From contig CAWGSK010000004.1 in the NCBI GenBank assembly GCA_963825055.1, positions 1 to 64,000 on the forward strand: 64,000 nt of DNA, given 5' to 3'. The position numbers were made by a program, and so were the translations under genes. Source of the stretch: an uncultured Gemmatimonadales bacterium (lineage in GTDB: Bacteria > Gemmatimonadota > Gemmatimonadetes > Gemmatimonadales > GWC2-71-9). The notes beneath the pieces were generated by a model. The model saw only the letters and a list, made by a program, of their open reading frames with translations, ran no database searches and was not told the origin of the DNA. Shown piece by piece: positions 32,337-42,309 of the stretch (its first letter is position 1; each line of letters begins with the position of its first letter).

Positions 32337-32548
32337 GGAGTCGACAATCGGCAACCGGCAATCGGCAACCGGCAGTCGGCGAGTGGCTGGTGGAACGTCC
32401 CATCTCGAGCGAAGCGAGAGATCTCAAGGGTTGGGCGCTATCGAAGGCGGCCCTTGAGATCTCTCGGGCCTGGACGGCCCTCGAGATGACACGTCCTGGG
32501 ATAACCTGACCGCCCTGACCGCCCTGACCGCCTGACCGCCCTGACCGT
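32337..32548. repeat. heptamer array, REPIN-like long hairpin (32401-32492) and nonamer/octamer array
   Basis: (CGGCAAY)n; CGAGAGATCTCAAGGG/CCCTTGAGATCTCTCG and CATCTCGAG/CTCGAGATG stems; (CTGACCGCC)n. Confidence 0.8.
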
Positions 32549-32562
32549 CTATATTTGCCCCC

Positions 32563-33312
32563 ATGCCCGACACCCCCAAGCCCGACAAGGCCCCAGAGGA
32601 GCCGCCCCGTACCACAGCCGCCTGGCTCTGGGACTGGACCAAGTCCATCCTGGTGGCCCTGGTCATCTGGCTCATCCTCCGGACGTTCCTGATCGAGGCT
32701 TTCCGGATCCCTTCCGGCAGCATGGAGAACACGCTGCTGATCGGGGATTTCCTGTTCGTGAACAAGGCGCTGTACGGGGCGGAGGTGCCGTTCACCGGGA
32801 AGCACCTTCCGGCGTTCCGGGAGCCGCATCGGGGGGACATCGTCGTGTTCAAGTCGGTCGAGGCGGAAACGCCGGACCTGAACGTGGTGAAGCGGCTGAT
32901 GGGGCTGCCGGGTGACACGCTCGCCATGAAGAACGGCGAGGTGTACCGGAACGGGGAGCGGCTGGATGAGCCCTACGCACGGCACGACGATCCGACGCTG
33001 TCTATCGATCCGCTGCAGCGCTCGCGGATGCGTGAGTGGCAGCTCCCGCATCTGACCGGGGACATGGACACGGCGAACTACATGCCGGACCTCCACGACT
33101 GGGGGCCGATCGTGGTGCCGGCCGGATCGCTGTTCGTGATGGGAGACAACCGGGACGGCTCCTACGACGGGCGGTACTGGGGGTTCCTGCCTCGGGAGAA
33201 CGTGGAAGGCCGCCCGCTGATCATCTACTACAGTTACGACCCGCAGAGCTGGAAGCCGCTGCCGTTCCTGTCGGCCGTGCGCTGGGGACGTCTGCTCAGT
33301 ACTCCTGAATAG
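32563..33312 (+). CDS. lepB: signal peptidase I
   Basis: IPSGSMENTLLIGD, VKRLMGLPGD, MGDNRDGSYDGR. Confidence 0.95.
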   Translation: MPDTPKPDKAPEEPPRTTAAWLWDWTKSILVALVIWLILRTFLIEAFRIPSGSMENTLLIGDFLFVNKALYGAEVPFTGKHLPAFREPHRGDIVVFKSVEAETPDLNVVKRLMGLPGDTLAMKNGEVYRNGERLDEPYARHDDPTLSIDPLQRSRMREWQLPHLTGDMDTANYMPDLHDWGPIVVPAGSLFVMGDNRDGSYDGRYWGFLPRENVEGRPLIIYYSYDPQSWKPLPFLSAVRWGRLLSTPE

Positions 33313-33398
33313 CCGCCTGCCTTAACTGCCTCAACACAAAGGGCACAAAGAACACGAAGGAGTGTAAAGGTGGGTCTGCTGATCGGGCCCACCTTTTC

Positions 33399-33900
33399 TA
33401 CGTAGGTGATGTCCGCGGCCCACACCTGATTGGGACCGGTGACGCGGAAGTCCCGGGCCAGACGATTCGGCGCCGGCTCCGCCCGCGGATGGCGGCGGGT
33501 CGTCATGCGCCAGCGGCGCCGACTGACGGCGAACAGCCCCTGCGCGCGCATGAGGCGGGCGACCCGGTGCCGCCCGCAGCGGTAGCCCTCCGCCTGGAGA
33601 GCCCGCAGCATCCGCGGACTCCCGTACGTGGCATCGCTGGCCTGATACAGGGCCTGCATCCGGGTCACCAGCACGGTGTTCTCCCGCGCCCGAGCACTGG
33701 GCTCCCGCCGCCGCCACGCGTAATAGCTGCTCCGCGCGACCCCGAGCACCCGGCACATCAGCCCCAGCGGAAACTGGCTCCGGTAGCGATGCATACAGGC
33801 GCACCTCACCGAGACTCGCGCGCAAAAAACGCCGTGGCTTTTTTTAAAAAGTCCCGCTCCTGGCGCACCAGCGCCAGCTCGCGCTCCAGCTGCCGCACGT
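33399..33900 (-). mobile_element. IS3-family transposase remnant (3' end of orfA plus 5' half of orfB)
   Basis: RQLERELALVRQERDFLKKATAFFA; A7G slippery site at 33838-33845; CRVLGVARSSYY, YGSPRM, PNQVWAADITYV, then truncated; no terminal IRs seen. Confidence 0.88.
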
Positions 33901-33954
33901 TGTTGTTCTTTGTGTCCTTCGTGTCCTCTGTGGTAAGGCTGTTCTGGCCGGGTC

Positions 33955-35157
33955 CTACCGGGAGCCGTGGTCCAGCCGGCGCGCGCGGGTCGCCGCGGCC
34001 GCGGCCACGAGCGCCATGGCCGCGCTCCCCAGGAACGCCACGCCCGCCCCGCCAAGCTCGTTCAGGAACCCCGCCGCGGGCGGGCCGATGATACGACCCA
34101 TCGAACCCACGCTCTGCAGGCCGCCCAGGGCCCGGCCCTGGTCGTCCGCGTCAACGATACGCGAGAGGTAGCCCGCGACGGTCGGCGAGACGAGCGCCGT
34201 CCCGAACCCGACCAGTACCAGTGCCGTCAGGAACGCGGGAAGGACCAACGCCACCGGCAGCGGCCCGTGGTGGCAGAATGGCAGCGCCGCCAGGCCGACC
34301 GCCATGAGCAGCGCCCCCCAGAGCATGAGTGCCCGCTCGCCGAAGCGGGGTGCGATTTTCCCCACCAGCCAGCCCTGCGTCACCGCGGACACTCCGCCCA
34401 TCAGCACGAAGAAGTAGGCCACCGTTCGGCGGTCATAGCCGAGCTGCCGGGTGACGAAGAGCGGGAAGACGACGGTAATCACGGTGAACGCGAGCACGTA
34501 GAAGAACATGACCACGTAAGGCAGCGCGGTCTCGCGCCGTATGATCGGGAGTCGCCGGGCAACGACCGGACGGTGCACCCGCGTTTCCGGCAGACGGAAG
34601 AGGGCGATGATCAGGCTCAGGAAGCAGATGCCCGCGGCCACGAGGCCGGGCACTGCCTCACCATACTGGAGCGTGATGCCCGCCAGGGCGGGCCCGATGA
34701 TGAACCCGAGCCCGAAGGCAGCACCGATCATGCCCATGGCACGGGCCCGCCGCTCGGGAGGAGTGACATCGGCCAGGTACGCCTGGGCCACGTTCACCGT
34801 CGCACCCATCCCGCCGGCCACGAGACGCGAGAGCAGCAGCACCAGGAAACTGCCCGCGAAGGAGAAGATGAGGTAGGAGATGGTGCTGCCCGCAAGACCG
34901 ATGAGCAGCACCGGCCGCCGCCCGATCCGGTCACTCACCCGGCCCCACCAGGGTGCCAGCAGGAACTGCATGAGGGAGAACGCCCCCACCAGCCCGCCGA
35001 TGGCGACATCGGACACATGGAACTCGGCACCGTAGGTCGGGAGGATCGGCAGAATGATCCCGAACCCGATGAGGTCTATGACGACAATAAGGAAGAGAGT
35101 AGCGGTCGGGGAGGACGACCGCGGCGCGGAGGGCCCCGCGGGTTCAGCGTGCGTCAT
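33955..35157 (-). CDS. MFS transporter, TetA/DHA1-like
   Basis: IDLIGFGIILP, GRVSDRIGRRP, GAAFGLGFIIGP. Confidence 0.92.
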   Translation of the reverse strand: MTHAEPAGPSAPRSSSPTATLFLIVVIDLIGFGIILPILPTYGAEFHVSDVAIGGLVGAFSLMQFLLAPWWGRVSDRIGRRPVLLIGLAGSTISYLIFSFAGSFLVLLLSRLVAGGMGATVNVAQAYLADVTPPERRARAMGMIGAAFGLGFIIGPALAGITLQYGEAVPGLVAAGICFLSLIIALFRLPETRVHRPVVARRLPIIRRETALPYVVMFFYVLAFTVITVVFPLFVTRQLGYDRRTVAYFFVLMGGVSAVTQGWLVGKIAPRFGERALMLWGALLMAVGLAALPFCHHGPLPVALVLPAFLTALVLVGFGTALVSPTVAGYLSRIVDADDQGRALGGLQSVGSMGRIIGPPAAGFLNELGGAGVAFLGSAAMALVAAAAATRARRLDHGSR

Positions 35158-35208
35158 CGAAGGATGGGCGGAAGGTGGATGCGCGGTGCGGGGGGCCCCT
35201 GGAGGAGG

Positions 35209-35418
35209 CTAGAGATCCCCGACGTATACAGCGAGCCGGCTGCAGGCTGCGCAGTGGAGGCTGATTCTCCCTCGATCGGAGTGGTCAGCCCGCTTTGGCA
35301 CCCGCTCGATCTCGTTCGCACCGCAACTCGGACACACAAGGTCCTTGTCTTCACGGTCCGCCATGATGAGCGTCAGGGCTTCCGCCGCCCTGTATTCGGT
35401 TATGTCTCGGCGTCCCAC
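35209..35418 (-). CDS. small zinc-ribbon protein
   Basis: CPSC...CAAC; GTG start at 35418 after AAGGA. Confidence 0.6.
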   Translation of the reverse strand: MGRRDITEYRAAEALTLIMADREDKDLVCPSCGANEIERVPKRADHSDRGRISLHCAACSRLAVYVGDL

Positions 35419-35576
35419 AGGTAGTTCCTTCCCGCGGGAGGTGGACGGACAGAATGCCATCCCGCGTCCCTGCAATGTAAGCCGGTTCGCCCCATGGGCA
35501 AAATGAGCCGGCGCGGTTGCTGGCACTGCCCGCGGCTCCTACATTGGCCGGACACCGTCTTCCACCGGGATACCGC

Positions 35577-36914
35577 ATGCCCCGTATGCCGCTCGCCATC
35601 GTTTCCCTCGCCCTGCTGGCAGGCTGCTCAGGCGGCATGCGGGCGCCCGCCGTGGGCCCGGAGGACATTCCTGCCCTCGAAGCCCGGCACGAGACTGACC
35701 CCGCCGACGCCCCCACGATGCTGGCCCTGGGTATCGCCTACTACGAGGCGGGCCGGTATTCGCCCGCCAGGGACGTGCTGGCGTCCCTCTCGGCGGTGGC
35801 CCCGGAGTCGGTGAACGGAGCGATTTACCTCGCCCGGTCCTGGACAGCACTCGGCGACCTCGACTCGGCGCAGGCCGCCCTCGATCGGGCTTCCTCGCAC
35901 TCCCCCTCAAGGGCGGAGCGGGGGGCGCTGGAGGACGAGCGCGCCGTGCTCGCCCGGGAGGAGATGACGAGCGCGGCACGGCTGGCGCTGGCGCAGGAGT
36001 CAACTCTTGCGAGCAGTCCCCCCGTCGCGAATACCGTCGCCGTTTTCCCTTTCCGCTACCTGGGCAGCGATGAGTCGCTGCGGCCGCTCGAACGGGGCAT
36101 GGCGTACCTGATGGTGAGTGACCTGAGCCAGGTGGCCCGGCTCCGCCTTCTCGAGCGGGAGCGGGTGCAGGCCCTGGTGGACGAGATGGCGCTGGCTGAG
36201 TCGGGGCGGGTGGATCCCTCCACGGGGGCCAGGTCCGGCCGCCTGCTCAAGGCCGAGCACGTGATTCAGGGAACCCTGCGCGAGCCCGAGGGGAAGACCG
36301 AGCTGCTCGCCGACGCATCGGCGGTGAATACCAGCGACGCGCGGGTAGCAGCCACGGGCTCCGCGCAGGATCGCCTGCAGGACCTGTTCGACATCGAGCA
36401 ATCGCTCGTCATGCAGCTGCTGGGCGAGATGGGGACTCCCCTCACACCGGCTGAACGGCGGGCGATCGGTCGGCGCCCCACGTCAGATATGCAGGCCTTC
36501 CTCGCTTTCAGTCGGGGGCTCGAGGCGGAAGACCGGGGTGACTTCGCGGCAGCTGCGGAGGCCTACGCCGAGGCGGAGCAGCGGGATCCCCGCTTCAGCG
36601 CGGCCCAGCGACGGCGGCAGCAGGCCCGGAGACTGGCTGCGGCGTTTCGTGACCGGCCGCTGCGATTCGCCGGCCGTGATCTCCCGCCGGCGCTACGCAC
36701 CCGGCTTACTGACCTGCGCTCCCCGCCGGGCCGAAGCGGCGCCCTGCGGGACCTCGTCGTATCGACCGTGCCCGGGGCGTCGGACCACTTCGGGCGAAGG
36801 CTCGGGACCCGGCCTCCGGGAGCGAGACGTGCGCTGGCCGAGGCTCTCAGGCAGGACGACCTCCGGGTTACGTCGCAGCTTGGTGAGATCATCATCCTGA
36901 TCGTCCGTCCATGA
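35577..36914 (+). CDS. TPR plus CsgG/TolB-N-like lipoprotein
   Basis: Lipobox LAGC; TPRs; VAVFPF, LLERERVQALVDE, ARSGRLLKAEHVIQG. Confidence 0.75.
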   Translation: MPRMPLAIVSLALLAGCSGGMRAPAVGPEDIPALEARHETDPADAPTMLALGIAYYEAGRYSPARDVLASLSAVAPESVNGAIYLARSWTALGDLDSAQAALDRASSHSPSRAERGALEDERAVLAREEMTSAARLALAQESTLASSPPVANTVAVFPFRYLGSDESLRPLERGMAYLMVSDLSQVARLRLLERERVQALVDEMALAESGRVDPSTGARSGRLLKAEHVIQGTLREPEGKTELLADASAVNTSDARVAATGSAQDRLQDLFDIEQSLVMQLLGEMGTPLTPAERRAIGRRPTSDMQAFLAFSRGLEAEDRGDFAAAAEAYAEAEQRDPRFSAAQRRRQQARRLAAAFRDRPLRFAGRDLPPALRTRLTDLRSPPGRSGALRDLVVSTVPGASDHFGRRLGTRPPGARRALAEALRQDDLRVTSQLGEIIILIVRP

Positions 36915-38023
36915 GGGCGCCTCCGTTCGCGGCGCTCCCACTCGCGCTTGTCCTGGCCGCCCCGCTGGTGGCGCAGGAGGGGATCTTCTCCGAGCGGGCC
37001 ATTGCCGGGGGCATCGAGGCCCGGCGCTATGACTTCGACGCCGGGCTGGGGAGCGAGTCCATCAGGCAGGTGGCGTTCCCGTTCGCAGCGGTCATCCCGC
37101 TGACCAACCGTTTTTCGGTGGATGTCGGGACGGCGTATGCCACCACGACCGTGTCAGGATCTGGAGGTGCCGAGGAGTCGTTCTCGGGACTGACGGACAC
37201 GCAGGTCCGGATGGCCTACGTGTTCGGCAGGGACGTGGTGGTGGCGAGCCTGCTGGTCAATCTCCCCACGGGTGACCAGAGCATCAGCCTGACCAAGTTC
37301 GCCGTCGTGGGTGCGGCCTCCTCGAACTTCCTCTCCTTCCCTGTTTCCTCGTATGGCACCGGCACCTGGGCAACGGGTGGCGCGGCCGCGGCGTTCCCCG
37401 CCGGCGCCTGGACCATTGGAATCGCTGCCAGCGCCCGTGTGAGCGGTTCCTACGAGCCCTTTACCGACAGCGGTGAGGATTTCACCTATGACCCCGGGAT
37501 CGAGACCCGTCTCCGCCTCGGGGTCGACCGCCTGCTCGGCTCGAGCCGGCTCACGGCCGGTTTCACGTTCAGCACTTTCGGGACGGACGACTTCCGGTCC
37601 ACCGGCACATCGACGGTCAGCGGGACCTACCAGCCCGGCAACCGGTACATCGGGCAACTCGCCCTGATCTCCCCGCTCGGCAGCGGTACCCTGAGCACAT
37701 ATGCCTGGGACTACTACCGGAACGCGTCAGGGGGTACGAGTGGGATCCCGAACAGCGAGAACGTCCTCACCGCCGGGGCCACGGGTTCATGGCCCCTGGG
37801 CCGTACCCTCCGGCTCGAGCCGTTAGCCGAGGCACGATTCTGGGCCCCAGAAGGTGGAACCGGACGGATGTTCGGTGGCGGACTCTCCCTCGTGATCCCG
37901 ATCGGGGACCTTGAGATAGTGCCGGGTGGCCGCTTCGATGCCGGAAGCGTGGAGAACGAAGCGGGCGCATCGGTGGATGTGACCGGATGGGAGGCGACGA
38001 TGAGTGTGAAAATGAGGATTTAG
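36911..38023 (+). CDS. putative outer membrane beta-barrel protein
   Basis: Signal peptide; GLTDTQVR, NLPTG (MetA-pathway/PKD-type barrel style); alternating strands. Confidence 0.6.
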   Translation: MRAPPFAALPLALVLAAPLVAQEGIFSERAIAGGIEARRYDFDAGLGSESIRQVAFPFAAVIPLTNRFSVDVGTAYATTTVSGSGGAEESFSGLTDTQVRMAYVFGRDVVVASLLVNLPTGDQSISLTKFAVVGAASSNFLSFPVSSYGTGTWATGGAAAAFPAGAWTIGIAASARVSGSYEPFTDSGEDFTYDPGIETRLRLGVDRLLGSSRLTAGFTFSTFGTDDFRSTGTSTVSGTYQPGNRYIGQLALISPLGSGTLSTYAWDYYRNASGGTSGIPNSENVLTAGATGSWPLGRTLRLEPLAEARFWAPEGGTGRMFGGGLSLVIPIGDLEIVPGGRFDAGSVENEAGASVDVTGWEATMSVKMRI

Positions 38024-38084
38024 GGGCGGGCGGGACGGATAGATGTGACAGGGCGAACAGGACGGAAGATGAGCTGATGTGTTC

Positions 38085-38641
38085 AAAATATTGCGATTTC
38101 TAGGAAAATTTGAGTGATTTTGCCTCTTTTTGGAAGTTTTCTGACCCATTTAACGCAACATATATACTGCCCCACCAACGGATGAGTCAGACAAGGCACA
38201 CCTCGATCGCGGAAAGACGACGGCGGTGAGCTTCAGGAGCAGGTCGTCAATTATTGATGATAATTGGGCAAAATTGCTCGATTTCATGTTAAAATTGGCC
38301 AATTTTGATAACCTTTGGGAGTTTCGAGCCGGTGAAGCGATCACTCTGTTCTAGCGCTGCGATCTTCCCAGGGCATGGCCTTGAAGCATCCAATCAGCTT
38401 TCGTCACTAAAATTGGCTGGAATTGCCTGAATTATTGAGAAAATAGGCGAAAACGGCACGATTCTGGATAAAACGAAGGAACTACTGGCCCCACGAATGG
38501 GATGGGGGAACTTGGATGAGGCACGCTCCGAGACATCTCTCCCGGCAACGGAGTTGATGTGACCAGAATATGGCTAATCTAGCTGAAAATCGATGAATTC
38601 GAGTGAGTTTTGTGCAAATAGACGCAAAATTGCCTGATTTT
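38085..38641. other. four blocks of helically phased A/T tracts (predicted curved DNA)
   Basis: A/T tracts every ~10-11 bp in blocks starting ~38085, 38249, 38409 and 38567-38586; no convincing ORF. Confidence 0.7.
38148..38176 (-). other. dif/XerCD-like site
   Basis: Minus strand GGTGGGGCAGTA-TATATG-TTGCGTTAAAT; right arm matches E. coli XerD arm TTATGTTAAAT at 9/11. Confidence 0.35.
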
Positions 38642-38703
38642 GCCATGATGTGGGCATACCGGCCGCCTTGTCTGTCCCGTCCGTCTTCTCCGCCTCATCT
38701 CGC

Positions 38704-38732
38704 TTGACTCCCCCATAGGCGGGTACTACGTT
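38704..38732 (+). promoter_or_regulatory. sigma-70 promoter of the histone-like gene
   Basis: TTGACT-N17-TACGTT; GGAGGA RBS before GTG 38801. Confidence 0.55.
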
Positions 38733-38800
38733 GCCGCCATTCTGGATAGCCACCGTCGAGACGCTCCCGTCCCGCGGGGCGACCATTTGAGGGAGGACCC

Positions 38801-39364
38801 GTGGCCACGGAACTCGGCGGCTCACAAATCTCGAACCTGCTTGAAACGCTCCCCGGCATTGCCAGCGTGCTGCGGAGCCCTGTCGCGGATGCCCTGGTCA
38901 ACGTGATCAGGGCGGCGGCCGGTGAGGCCGATTTCCAGGAAGACGACGCCGAGGAACTGATCCGGTACGCGGTCCGGCGTGGTCTGGTTGGGGCCGAAGA
39001 AGGGGAGCAGGTGCTCTCCGAGGTACAGAAGAACCCGAGGCCCAAGGCCAAGGCCACCAAACCAGCTCCGAAACCGAAGCCGACCAAGGCCCACGCCCCG
39101 CAGCCGATCGAGCAGAAGCCGGTGAAGAAGGCCAAAGCCACAAAGAAGGCCGCCGCCAAGGTCAAGCCCAAGGCAAAGCCGAAGCCTAAGCCGAAGTCCA
39201 GGCTGAAGTCGAAGCCCAAGCCGAAGCCCAAGCCGAAGTCCAGGGCGAAGGCCGGCAAGCCGAAGGGTAAGGCCAGGGCCACACCGAAGAGGAAGGTCGC
39301 GAAGAAGTCAGCGAAGAAGGCGGCGAAGAAGAAGGTGACGAAGCCAATCCGCCGTAAGCGCTGA
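38801..39364 (+). CDS. histone H1-like Lys/Ala/Pro-rich DNA-binding protein
   Basis: Acidic globular N-terminus followed by ~110 aa of PKAK/KKAA repeats. Confidence 0.75.
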   Translation: MATELGGSQISNLLETLPGIASVLRSPVADALVNVIRAAAGEADFQEDDAEELIRYAVRRGLVGAEEGEQVLSEVQKNPRPKAKATKPAPKPKPTKAHAPQPIEQKPVKKAKATKKAAAKVKPKAKPKPKPKSRLKSKPKPKPKPKSRAKAGKPKGKARATPKRKVAKKSAKKAAKKKVTKPIRRKR

Positions 39365-39379
39365 CCTTCAGGAAAAGCT

Positions 39380-39408
39380 AAGGCCCCCGGTGGTGGCGGG
39401 GGCCTTTT
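39380..39408 (+). terminator. intrinsic (possibly bidirectional) terminator
   Basis: AAGGCCCCCG-loop-CGGGGGCCTTTT between convergent genes. Confidence 0.75.
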
Positions 39409-39426
39409 GTCGTTTCGGGACGCGGA

Positions 39427-41121
39427 TCAGGTCTGGAAGTCGCTCACCAGCCACATGAGGCGGTTGGCGCCCTGCATGAGTTCGCTCGCCGCCGCGGCCA
39501 TTTCCTGGGTGGCGGCGTTCTGCTGTTCGACCGCCGCGCTCACCGATTCGCTGGAGGCGGCGTGCTGTACCGCTGCCTCTGCGGCCTTGGAGGTGGCTCC
39601 GGCCAGGTCGTCGACCACCTCCTTGTTGCGTGCCGCCTCTTCCTTCACCCTGGCGGCTGCCGTCTGGATGCTCTGGACGGTGGAGGAGATCTCCTCCAAT
39701 CCCCGCGCGGCCGCCTGTGCGACGTGCTCGATGCCCTCGACCTTCTCCGTGCCGATCTCCATGGTGGCGGAGATATCCCGAATCTGCGCGAGCAGCTCCT
39801 GCACCGTCCGCGTCACGTCTTCGGCTGCGCGAGCGCTCGAGTCGGCGAGATGACGCACTTCTTCAGCCACCACGGCGAACCCACGACCCTGTTCCCCGGC
39901 ACGTGCCGCCTCGATCGCGGCGTTCAGGGCGAGCAGGTTGGTCTGCGACGAGATCTGCTTGATGAGATCGATGAACGCCGTAATGGAGGTGGAAAGCTGG
40001 GTCAGTTCGCGCACCTGGCCGGTGGATGTCTGAACGACCTCGCGCACGTCGAGCAGCGTCTGCCGGGCCTGGTCCACATCGGCCCGGTGCTGGGTTGCGA
40101 CGCGGTGGATCCCGTCGCCAGCCCGCACCATCTCGTTGGTGGCCTCCGTGTTGGTGACGGCGGTCTTTCGCAGGTGGGAGATGAGCCCGTCGGCCTTCCT
40201 CATGTCTCCGACCTGACCGTCGGAGCTGGTCGATACCTTGACCATCTGGGTCGAGATCTCGTTCCCGCTGGCGGCGAGTTGCTCGCTCATGGCGGAGAAC
40301 TCGCCGGCGCTGGTGCTGATCTGCTCGGCTTCCTGGATGACCTCGGATACCACTTTGCGGAGCCGAGCTCCGGTGCTGTCGATGGTGGTGGCGAGCGCTT
40401 CGAGTTCGGTCGGCATCTCTCCGAGTTGCACGGGGCGCAGGTCTCCGTCCCCGAACCGCTTCGCGGCATCCACCAGACGGCGGAGCGGGACGGACACGGA
40501 AGAAATCGTCGCCCAGCTGAACCCGAGCCCGGCGACCACCGCCAGACCCAGAAGCGCAAACAGGAAAATCTGGCGGCGGGTGGCGTTCTCCCTGAGCGCG
40601 GCTGCGCGGGACAGGGCAGCATTGGCCCGGGCACGGTTAAAGCCCCGCACGCTGGCAACGAGGGAGTCCGCGGGAGCCTCGGCGGCCTGGGCCTGGGCGA
40701 GCGCGTCGGAGGTCCTGCCGATGTCCTCGAGCGCATGCGCGAGCGAATAGGCAACTTCGATCTCCGCCTGCCTGATCTCGATCCTGTTCAGGATGAGGCG
40801 GTTGTCGTCCGTCAGGGAGGGCAGGCCGCGGAACCGTCGCTGGTACGCGTACGCCGAGTCGCCATGCGAGAGAAATTCCGCGCGGAGGTCGGCGGTTGGA
40901 CTGATGAGGTACTGCTGCGCCGTGCGGATTTCCCCGAGGATGCTGGCGACAAGACCGCTTTCGATCTCTGCTTCGCTGGCGAGCGACGCGACCTCGGCGT
41001 TTGCTGAACCGGAGACGGACCGCACTGCACCGTATCCGACCAACGCTGCCAGGAGGACGAGGAACAGCAGCCCTGCTGTCAGGATCCAGATGCGTTCGGT
41101 CAGCCCGCGATACAGCCTCAC
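39427..41121 (-). CDS. methyl-accepting chemotaxis protein
   Basis: Two TMs, [35 protein letters not shown]. Confidence 0.96.
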   Translation of the reverse strand: MRLYRGLTERIWILTAGLLFLVLLAALVGYGAVRSVSGSANAEVASLASEAEIESGLVASILGEIRTAQQYLISPTADLRAEFLSHGDSAYAYQRRFRGLPSLTDDNRLILNRIEIRQAEIEVAYSLAHALEDIGRTSDALAQAQAAEAPADSLVASVRGFNRARANAALSRAAALRENATRRQIFLFALLGLAVVAGLGFSWATISSVSVPLRRLVDAAKRFGDGDLRPVQLGEMPTELEALATTIDSTGARLRKVVSEVIQEAEQISTSAGEFSAMSEQLAASGNEISTQMVKVSTSSDGQVGDMRKADGLISHLRKTAVTNTEATNEMVRAGDGIHRVATQHRADVDQARQTLLDVREVVQTSTGQVRELTQLSTSITAFIDLIKQISSQTNLLALNAAIEAARAGEQGRGFAVVAEEVRHLADSSARAAEDVTRTVQELLAQIRDISATMEIGTEKVEGIEHVAQAAARGLEEISSTVQSIQTAAARVKEEAARNKEVVDDLAGATSKAAEAAVQHAASSESVSAAVEQQNAATQEMAAAASELMQGANRLMWLVSDFQT

Positions 41122-42278
41122 TGCCCCTCCACCGGCACCGTGCGTCCATTGTGGACGACGCCCATGAACACGCGCTGGTTCTCGAGATCGCCGCCGGAAT
41201 CGAAGGCGATCGGCCGGATCACGCCCTGGTACGCGGGACGACCGTGACCCACCTCGGCGAGCGCGTTACGAATGTCCTCGCGATCCGTACCGACCTCGGC
41301 GATCAGGTCACGCAGGAGATGCAGGATGTCCCAGGTACCGACGGCGGACTGGTTGGGTGCCGAGCCATCGGGGAACATCTCGCGATAGCGGGCGACGAAC
41401 GTCCGGTTGGCAGGAGTGTCCAGGTCCTCAAAGTATGCCGAGGTCATGTAGGTCCCTTCGGCGATGGGACCGAAGCGGGTGACCTGTTCCAGCCCGTCGC
41501 CCCCGAGCACCGGGAGTTGCACGTCCCATACGCGCGCGGCTTGCAGCACCGCCAGTGCGTCGTTCTCGTAGCCTGCGACGACGATGAACTGCGCCTGGCG
41601 ATTGCGGGCGATACGTTCGAGGTACGGCGCGACCTCCGGCGGGTCGCCGAGGAAGGGATCGACCGCCACTGTCACGCCGTTCAGGCGGGTGAATTCCTCG
41701 TTGAATGTCTTCCGGATTCCGCGACCGTAGCTGTCATTGATGTACAGCACCGCGCCACGGGCCAGGTTCAGCCGCTCCCGTGCCCAGCGGGCCAGGGCCG
41801 AGCCGTGCGCGAGATCACTCGGACAGACCCGGAAGGTGTAGGGGCCCGCCGAACTCAGGGCGGGACTCGATGCGGAGGGAGAGATCTGCAGCACCGGGTC
41901 CGGGCCACCATTGTAAATGGGGCTTGCTGCGATGGTAGGGCCGGAATAGCTGTGGCCGATGACCGCCACGACGTCCGACGCGTAGAGGTCGGTGGCGATG
42001 CGTACGGCCGAGTCCGGGTCGCCGAAGTCGTTGCGTTCCACCAGTTCGAGGGGGCGCCCGTTGATCCCGCCGCCGGAGTTGATGTCCTGCACGGCGAGCC
42101 GGGCGGAGTGGAGCATTGCCACCGTCGCGCTGTCGTCAAATGTCCCGGCGAGCCCGATGCGGACCGGTCCGTCCCCGCCACCGCACGCCGCGAGGAACGC
42201 AGCGGCGCCCAGGAGAGCGAGGCGCATCCGCGCCCGTAAGCCGTGGAAACGATCAGGCGACAGGGTCAATGCAGTCAC
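41118..42278 (-). CDS. branched-chain amino acid ABC-type substrate-binding lipoprotein (LivJ-like)
   Basis: Lipobox [37 protein letters not shown]; start uncertain. Confidence 0.85.
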   Translation of the reverse strand: MTALTLSPDRFHGLRARMRLALLGAAAFLAACGGGDGPVRIGLAGTFDDSATVAMLHSARLAVQDINSGGGINGRPLELVERNDFGDPDSAVRIATDLYASDVVAVIGHSYSGPTIAASPIYNGGPDPVLQISPSASSPALSSAGPYTFRVCPSDLAHGSALARWARERLNLARGAVLYINDSYGRGIRKTFNEEFTRLNGVTVAVDPFLGDPPEVAPYLERIARNRQAQFIVVAGYENDALAVLQAARVWDVQLPVLGGDGLEQVTRFGPIAEGTYMTSAYFEDLDTPANRTFVARYREMFPDGSAPNQSAVGTWDILHLLRDLIAEVGTDREDIRNALAEVGHGRPAYQGVIRPIAFDSGGDLENQRVFMGVVHNGRTVPVEGQ

Positions 42279-42309
42279 GTTCGGTTCGAGGTTGGACGGG
42301 CGTACAAGG

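Noticed and set aside
33234..34055. Intact 273-aa transposase ORF
   Set aside because: It is a chimera of flanking sequence and an IS3 fragment that ends just after the first catalytic Asp
38150..38344. 64-aa ORF in the AT-rich region
   Set aside because: Atypical codon usage and no motif; the DNA periodicity explains the region better
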